Assembly (NCBI RefSeq): GCF_009914755.1
Contig: NC_060938.1
Length of the DNA: 64,000 nucleotides
From: the human T2T-CHM13v2.0 reference genome, Homo sapiens
Reading direction: 5' to 3' (one strand)
Shown here: one piece after another, positions 57,564-64,000 of the stretch
How positions within the stretch are numbered: position 1 is the stretch's first letter
Layout: the number at the start of each line of letters is the position of its first letter
Notes under the pieces: model-generated
Told to the model about the DNA's origin: nothing
The model's input: the letters and a program-made list of their open reading frames with translations, nothing else
Database searches by the model: none
Program-made: the position numbers and the translations under genes

Positions 57564-59879
57564 TGATACAGTTTGGCTCTGTGTCCCCACCCAAATCTCA
57601 TCTTGTAGCTCCCATAATTCCCATGTGTTGTGGGAGGGACCTGGTGGGAGATGGTTGAATCATGGGCGCAGGTCTTTCCCATGCTGTTCTCATAATGGTG
57701 GATGGGTCTCATGAGATCTGATGGTTTTAAAAACAGGAGTTTCCCTGCACAAGCTCTCTCTCTCTGCCTGCTGCCACCCATGTAAGATGTAACTTGCTCC
57801 TCCTTGCTTTCCACAATGATTGTGATACCTCCCCAGCCATGTAGAACTGTAAGTCCATTAAACCTCTTTCTTTTGTAAATTGCCCAGTCTCGGATATGTT
57901 TTTATCAGTAGCATGAGAAAAGACTAATACAGTAAATTGGTACTAATACAGTAAATTGGAGTGGTGTGCTGCTGAACAGACTAATAAAGTAAATTGGAGT
58001 GGGGTGCTGCTGAAAAGATACCCAAAAATGTGGAAGCGACATTGCAACTGGGTAACAGACAGGGCTTGAAACAGTTTGGAGGGCTCAGAGACAGGAAAAT
58101 GTGGGAAAGTTTGGAACTTCCTAGAGACTTGTTGAATGGCTTTGACCAAAAGCCTGATAGTGATATGGACAATGAAATCCAGGCTGAGATGGTCTCAGAT
58201 GGAGATGAGGTACTTGTAGGGAACTGGAGCAAAAGTGACTCTTATGTTTTAGTAAAGATGCTGGTGGCATTCTGCCCCTGCCCTAGAGATGTGTGGAACT
58301 TTGAACTTGAGGGAAATGATATAGGGTATCTAGCAGAATAAATTTCTAAGCAGCAAAGCATTCAAGAGGAGACTTGAGTGCTGTTAAAGGCACTCAGTTT
58401 TAAAAGGGAAGCAGAGCATAAAAATTCAGAAAATCTGCCGCCTGACAATGTGATAGGAAACAAAGTACCATTTTCTGAGGAGAAATTCAAACTGGTTGAA
58501 TAAATTTGCATAAGTAATAAGTAGCCAAATGTTAATCCCCAAGACAATGGGAAAAATGTCTCCAGACCATGTCAGAGGTCTTCACTGCAGCCTCTCCCAT
58601 CACAGGCCCAGAGGCCTAGGAGAAAAAAAGTGGTTTCGTGGGCTGAGTCCAGGGTCTCCATGCTTTGTGCAGCCTAGGGACTTAGTGCCCTGCATCCCAG
58701 CCACTCCAGCCATGGCTCAAAGGGGCCAACAGGGAGCTTGGGCCGTGGCTTCAGAGGGTTGAAGCCCCAAGTCTTGGCAGCTTCCACATGGAGTTGAGCC
58801 TGTGAGTGCACAGAAGTAAAGAACTGGGGTTTGGGAACCTCCGCCTAGATTTCAGAGGATGTATAAAGACGCCTGGATGCCCAGGCAGAAGTTTGCTGCA
58901 GGGGCAGGGCCCTCATTGAGAAACTCTGCTAGTGTAGTGTGGAAGGGAAATGTGGGGTTGGAGCCCTCAACAGAGTCCCTACTGGGGCACCACCAAGTGG
59001 AGCTGTGAGAAGAAGGCCACCATCCTCCAGACCCCAGAATGGTAAATCCATTGACAGCTTGCACTGTGCACCTGGAAAAGCCACACACACTCAATGTCGG
59101 CCCATGAAAACAGCCAGGAGGGAAGCTGTACCCTGCAAAGCCATAGGGACGGAGCTGCCCAAGACCATGGGAACCCATATCTTATATCAGCATGACCTGG
59201 ATATGAGACCTGGGGCCAAAGGAGATCATTTTGAAGCTTTAAGATTTGACTGCCCAGCTAGATTTCAGACTTGCATGGGGTCTTTAGCCCCTTTGTTTTG
59301 ACCAATTTCTCCCATGTGGAAGAGCTGTATTTACCCAGTGCCTTTTACAGGATCATAGGTGAAAGGAACTTGCCTTGTCTCAGATGAGACTTTGGACTGT
59401 GAACTTTGGAGTTAATGCTAAAATGAGTAAAGACTTTGGGGGACTGTTGGGAAGGCATGATTGGTTTTGAAATGTGAAGACAGGAGATTTGGGAGGAGCC
59501 AGGGATGGAATGATATGGTTGGGCTCAGAGTTCCCACCCAACTCTCATCTTGTAGCTCCCATAATTCCCATATGCTGTGGAAGGGACCCAGTGGGAGACT
59601 GTTGAATCATGAGGGCTAGTCTTTCCCATGCTATTCTCCTGATGGTGAGTGGGTCTCATGAGGTCTGATGGTTTTAAAAATGGGAGTTTCCCTGCACAAG
59701 CTCTCTCTCTTTGCCTGCTGCCATCCATGTAAGACGTGACTTGTTCCTTCTTGCTTTCCACCATGATTGTGAGGCCTCTACAACCATGTGGAACTGTTAA
59801 GTTCATTAAACCTCTTTCTTTTGTAAATTGCCCAGTCCTGCGTACATCTTTATTAGCAGGATGAAAATAGACTAATATA
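57564..59879 (+). mobile_element. Full-length THE1B MaLR (5' LTR 57564-57931, int 57932-59510, 3' LTR 59511-59879)
   Basis: Two matching LTRs; TSD tgcat/tgcac; MaLR ORF remnant KIPKNVEATLQLGN...WESLELPRDLLNGFDQ. Confidence 0.96.
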
Positions 59880-60829
59880 TGCACACTAATCCATCATAAT
59901 AGAGTCATTCTCTTCCTTCAGTTTGGCTTCACTAGAACATATGCATCTGGATGAAGGATGGCACCATACAAAGAATATTGCATCCGATACCTCACATCAC
60001 AAAGGGTATAAAGGAAGTTGAATGGGCCAATTGGAAAAATGCTAGAAAATCAAAAAATAGGTACCAGCCTATGCAGTCAAAGGCAAACTCTTTTTCCAAG
60101 TCTACAAGGAGTTTTTCACTTGAGACAAGCAGATCATTCTATATTCCAAATACAGCAACCTGAGCACCACTGCCAATTCCCCAATCCCTTTGAAAAAAGA
60201 AAAAAATTAATGCAGCCAATTGTTGAAATACTTGAATAACTGATTGTACAACCACAACCAAAGGTTTGCCATGGTCCCCAAGCAGAACAAAAAAGACACT
60301 AAAAACACAGATTTCTCACTAGGTATTTTTATAGGGGATAAAAGTAAACAATCAATGAAAGTGTCTCATGGAGAAGGAAATACAAATAGATAATTTTAGT
60401 GCCAGTTTTATCTGTCAGTAAAATCTGCAGCAATAAGCTCTGTTAATACCACAAGAGGAACCAATCAATGTATCGTGAGTTCAATGCACTAACTGACTGT
60501 TCATGTGTTTATCTAAATACTCAAGAGAGAAGGAGCCCAGATACCATGAAGTCCAGGAAAGAGTCCAAGTACCATGGGTCCTGAAGGCCTGCTGAAGTTT
60601 GGGTACCTAAAATAGGAACAGACTCCCGGGCACATCTCTGAGGCTGGTAAGCTAACATGAGTAAAATCACTCCACTGGAACTCCTGCTCCAAGTCTTTCT
60701 TCTGTAGCCTAATCCATTTGCCTCGGTATGCAGAACATCAAGAGTCACTTGGTGATCCTGAGTTAAAACAGCTCGAGCCTAACAAGGGAACAGTTCCTCT
60801 GGAATCACCAGTCACTTATTTCTGGGACA

Positions 60830-61082
60830 GTAGTAGGGAAAAGAAAAGAGACTTCAGGATCAAACAAACCCAAGTGTGATCAAACCCAACTGCATTTACT
60901 AGCCCTGTAATCTGGGGCAAATATCTTAACCTCTCACCTCCCTTGCCTTCTTTATCTACAAATGGTCTTCTTATGAACCCTTCAGGACTGTAGTAAAGAC
61001 CAAATGGTATCATGAATATATGTGAAATACTAGCATACTTAGGCAGTCAGAAAACATAGTCATTAATATTGTCATTGTTATT
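60830..61082 (+). mobile_element. MIR
   Basis: catttactagccctgtaatctggggcaaatatcttaacctctc. Confidence 0.7.
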
Positions 61083-62049
61083 GTCATTGTTTTGGCTCAA
61101 CATGCTGACAGGCCAGAATATGGGCCTCAGGAGCATGAACCCTATCCACACTACCCTCATTTGCAACCACCCAGCTTATAAAAGGCAGAAAATAAAAATG
61201 CATGAGAGCCATCAGAGAAAACAACAACAACAAAAAAGAAACACCAGTTTTTTCATGGAAGGAAGAGAAAAAGTTAAAAAGCAAGGCTGCACACCTTACC
61301 TGGGCAGGAGACTGAAAGGAATTGTTGGCCTTCCTGACAGACCCAATGGCCTCCTGCCCACAGTAGGTCCTCTACATTCTCTGAGGATTTTCACATAGCT
61401 TTTTCAGGTAGCTCAAAATGCCAGCAATTAGTGATTCAAGTGTCCTCTTCAGAAAATGCAAATACCTTCGTTCAGGTTAGGGTTATGCTTATATTATGTC
61501 TCATTCATACACTTAGAAGAAGTTGTTCAGTCAAACTGCTCCCCTCTAAGAAAATGCTAGAATGCCACAAAGCACTTTTTATGAGTAAAGCAGGCTGCGG
61601 GGAGGAGAAAGGAGGACTGAAAAAGGCAGCGAGGGGAAACAGGGGAAGTCTAAGGTGGTGAAAATCTGATAGAAGAATGTGAAACCAAAACTAGCTTATT
61701 TAAAAATCTCCCTAAAAGATGACTGCCAATTCTACAGCAAAAGACTCCTCTCCACATTTTCTCTCATTTTCCTTGGTTCTGTCCTCCTAAGAACCAGAGT
61801 GGAGTCTCCTATCATAGTACCACAGTGAAATTTTTAACATGGGTTCAAGGAGATTCTGTGAGCCAGCTAAGAAATTTAACTTTAGTTGTTTAACTTTTTT
61901 TGTATGAGAAAACTAGTTCTGAGTTCATACAACTCACTTACATAAGTCACTGAAAGCAGAAAGTAAACTGTCTTGCTTAAGATCAACAATTATTTCATTA
62001 AACAAATAAATGAACAGATACATCAACAAATGAATAAATTAAGGGGAGG

Positions 62050-62265
62050 GCTTCCTGATTAGACTCACCCCTGATCTCAGTTTGGTTTTCTTCTAAGCAC
62101 CTATCACCATCTGACCTCATAATTCATTGACCATCTTCCCTACTAGAACATAAACTCTATGAGGGTACAAACTGGTTTTTACACTACTGTTGTCCTCACC
62201 TATAATAGTGTATGGCAAATTGTACATGCTCAGTAAATATTTGTTGAATAAGTGAATAGCTGAAC
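62050..62265 (+). mobile_element. L2a 3' end
   Basis: ctactagaacataaactctatgaggg...tgctcagtaaatatttgttgaata. Confidence 0.75.
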
Positions 62266-63057
62266 TGAACAGGAAATGTCTCTATAAGACCTTTGAGGTT
62301 TAACCCTAAGACTTTAAGAGTAATGCTCCAGTTCCCTCCCTCGCCCAGTTCCCCATTTCTAGTTTCACACCAGAAGAACATGACTACGTTCTGAGCTTGT
62401 GATCATTTCCCTTTAAATAATGCCCTATGGATCACTTCGAAACACTAGAGATTACTTGTCATGATACTGGTTACTGTCCCTACTTTTCCCCTGGGATTTT
62501 TTTTTTCTTAATGGCAAACCTTCAAAGAGGTTCCACCTGCACCAAAAATAGAAAATTCCACATAAATATAATGGCTTTCCCTGCTCTTTTTTAAGTACCT
62601 TAAACTCATTATCTTTTATCTTTGAGAAGATCTCTGAAGCCAAATCACACAGAACTGAAAGATATTCTCATTTCTTTTTCCATAGGAAAAACAAAAACAA
62701 AAAACTCTGCTATTTAGAAAAAATGCTGGGAGGGGGCACTATAACCTATTGCACCTATAAGTGTCTGTAAGTCACTTCCCCTGGCACCATCTGCTTCCAA
62801 TATTACAAGTCTCCTCTATTTGAATAATGACACAATACCTTTTCCCCCTAATTGATTACTATCTTTTTAATTACAAAAAGGTCTTTACTACTAAACCAAT
62901 GGCAAAAAGCAGGTCATACTAACTGTTATAAAATAATATAGCATTTCCCCACTTGCAAAGATTCATACATTAAATGTCTGATAATTCTCAAAATCAGTTA
63001 GGCCATCAAAAGTCAAAGCCAAGCTGCTTGTAAATCACATTTAAAAATCTGACAGTA

Positions 63058-63486
63058 AGCTGGGCGCCGTGGCTTATGCCTGTAATCCCAGCACTTTGGG
63101 AGGCCGAGGCGGGTGGATCACGAGGTCAGGAGATTGAGACCACCCTGGCTAACATGGTGAAAGCCCGTCTCTACTAAAAATACAAAAAGAAATTAGCCAG
63201 GCGTGGTGGCTCACACCTGTAATCCCAGCACTTTGGGAGGCTGAGGCGGGTGGATCACGAGGTCAGGAGATTGAGACCATCCTGGCTAACACGGTGAAAA
63301 CCCATCTCTACTAAAAATACAAAAAATTAGCCGGGCATAGTGGCGGGCGCCTGTGGTCCCAGATACTCAGGAGGCTGAGGCAGGAGAATGGCATGAACCC
63401 AGGAGGCGGAGCTTGCAGTGAGCTGAGATCCTGCCACTGCACCTCAGCCTGGGCAACAGAGCAAGACTCTGTCTCAAAAAAAAAAA
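63058..63486 (+). mobile_element. AluY with duplicated left monomer (left-left-right trimer)
   Basis: Two left arms at a 137-bp period, then a right arm and poly(A); single TSD aaaaatctgacagtaa. Confidence 0.95.
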
Positions 63487-64000
63487 AAAAATCTGACAGT
63501 AATAATGTCTTTATATTCAGTCAACAAGCTTCCTCATGTAGATAAATAAGTAAAATAAAATAAACTTCACTTTATAACTCTAATCTCATTATAAGAATTC
63601 GAACACAGAAAAGGAAATTTATTAACTAATTACTATGAAGTTATATGGCTTGGTAGTAAACATTCAAAGCATGCAAAAAGACGTGGAATTCTTCAGTTGG
63701 AGACAATACTCAGGAAATAATATAGTTTTTTAAATAATTAATTATAACATACTCAGTCTAAGATATTTCTTTAAAAACAATGCATAATTAAAATTATTCA
63801 CATATATCTGAATGAGTAAACAGATTTTGAATGGAACCAAATACATTAAAGTGTACTTGTGAGTTTTTAGAACACTTTCTTATATAATTCAGTACTAGTC
63901 AAATTAACTCTTCATTCCTAGAGACTTAAGGGCAAAAGGTTGCAAGGCTTAAGTAGTAGTTTTGAAAAATTAACACTTTACTACTCAGAATACATGTGAA

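Noticed and set aside
61295-61315. cttacctgggcagg resembling the U1 snRNA 5' end
   Set aside because: Similarity ends after about 14 nt; it is just the complement of a splice-donor motif.

Overview
This is AT-rich, CpG-depleted primate (human-like) genomic DNA, and a large fraction of it is interspersed repeats: Alu J/S/Y, L1 (L1PB1, L1PA16-like, older L1M), L2, MIR, MaLR/ERVL LTRs (THE1, MST, MLT1, MLT2) and DNA transposons (Tigger1, Tigger3b, HSMAR2, MER82, MER45, MER1B, MER5). I found no protein-coding exon or host gene I can recognise. Every ORF I can explain comes from Alu, THE1-int, L1, dead transposases or a TA-rich tandem repeat. The region is probably intronic (possibly of a minus-strand gene) or intergenic. 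I see no evidence of a new biological system. The most interesting observations are mobile-element events: (1) an ancient U6 snRNA/L1-3'-end chimeric retrocopy (15958-16279); (2) two head-to-head THE1 elements fused across an apparent multi-kb deletion that also truncated HSMAR2 and Tigger3b (42584-46411); (3) a left-left-right trimeric AluY under one TSD; (4) a 26-bp minisatellite born from L1PB1's own sequence; (5) a full-length Tigger1 carrying four nested insertions. Several small minus-strand exon-like motifs are listed at low confidence. Repeat subfamily names come from recalled consensus features and need RepeatMasker/Dfam confirmation.
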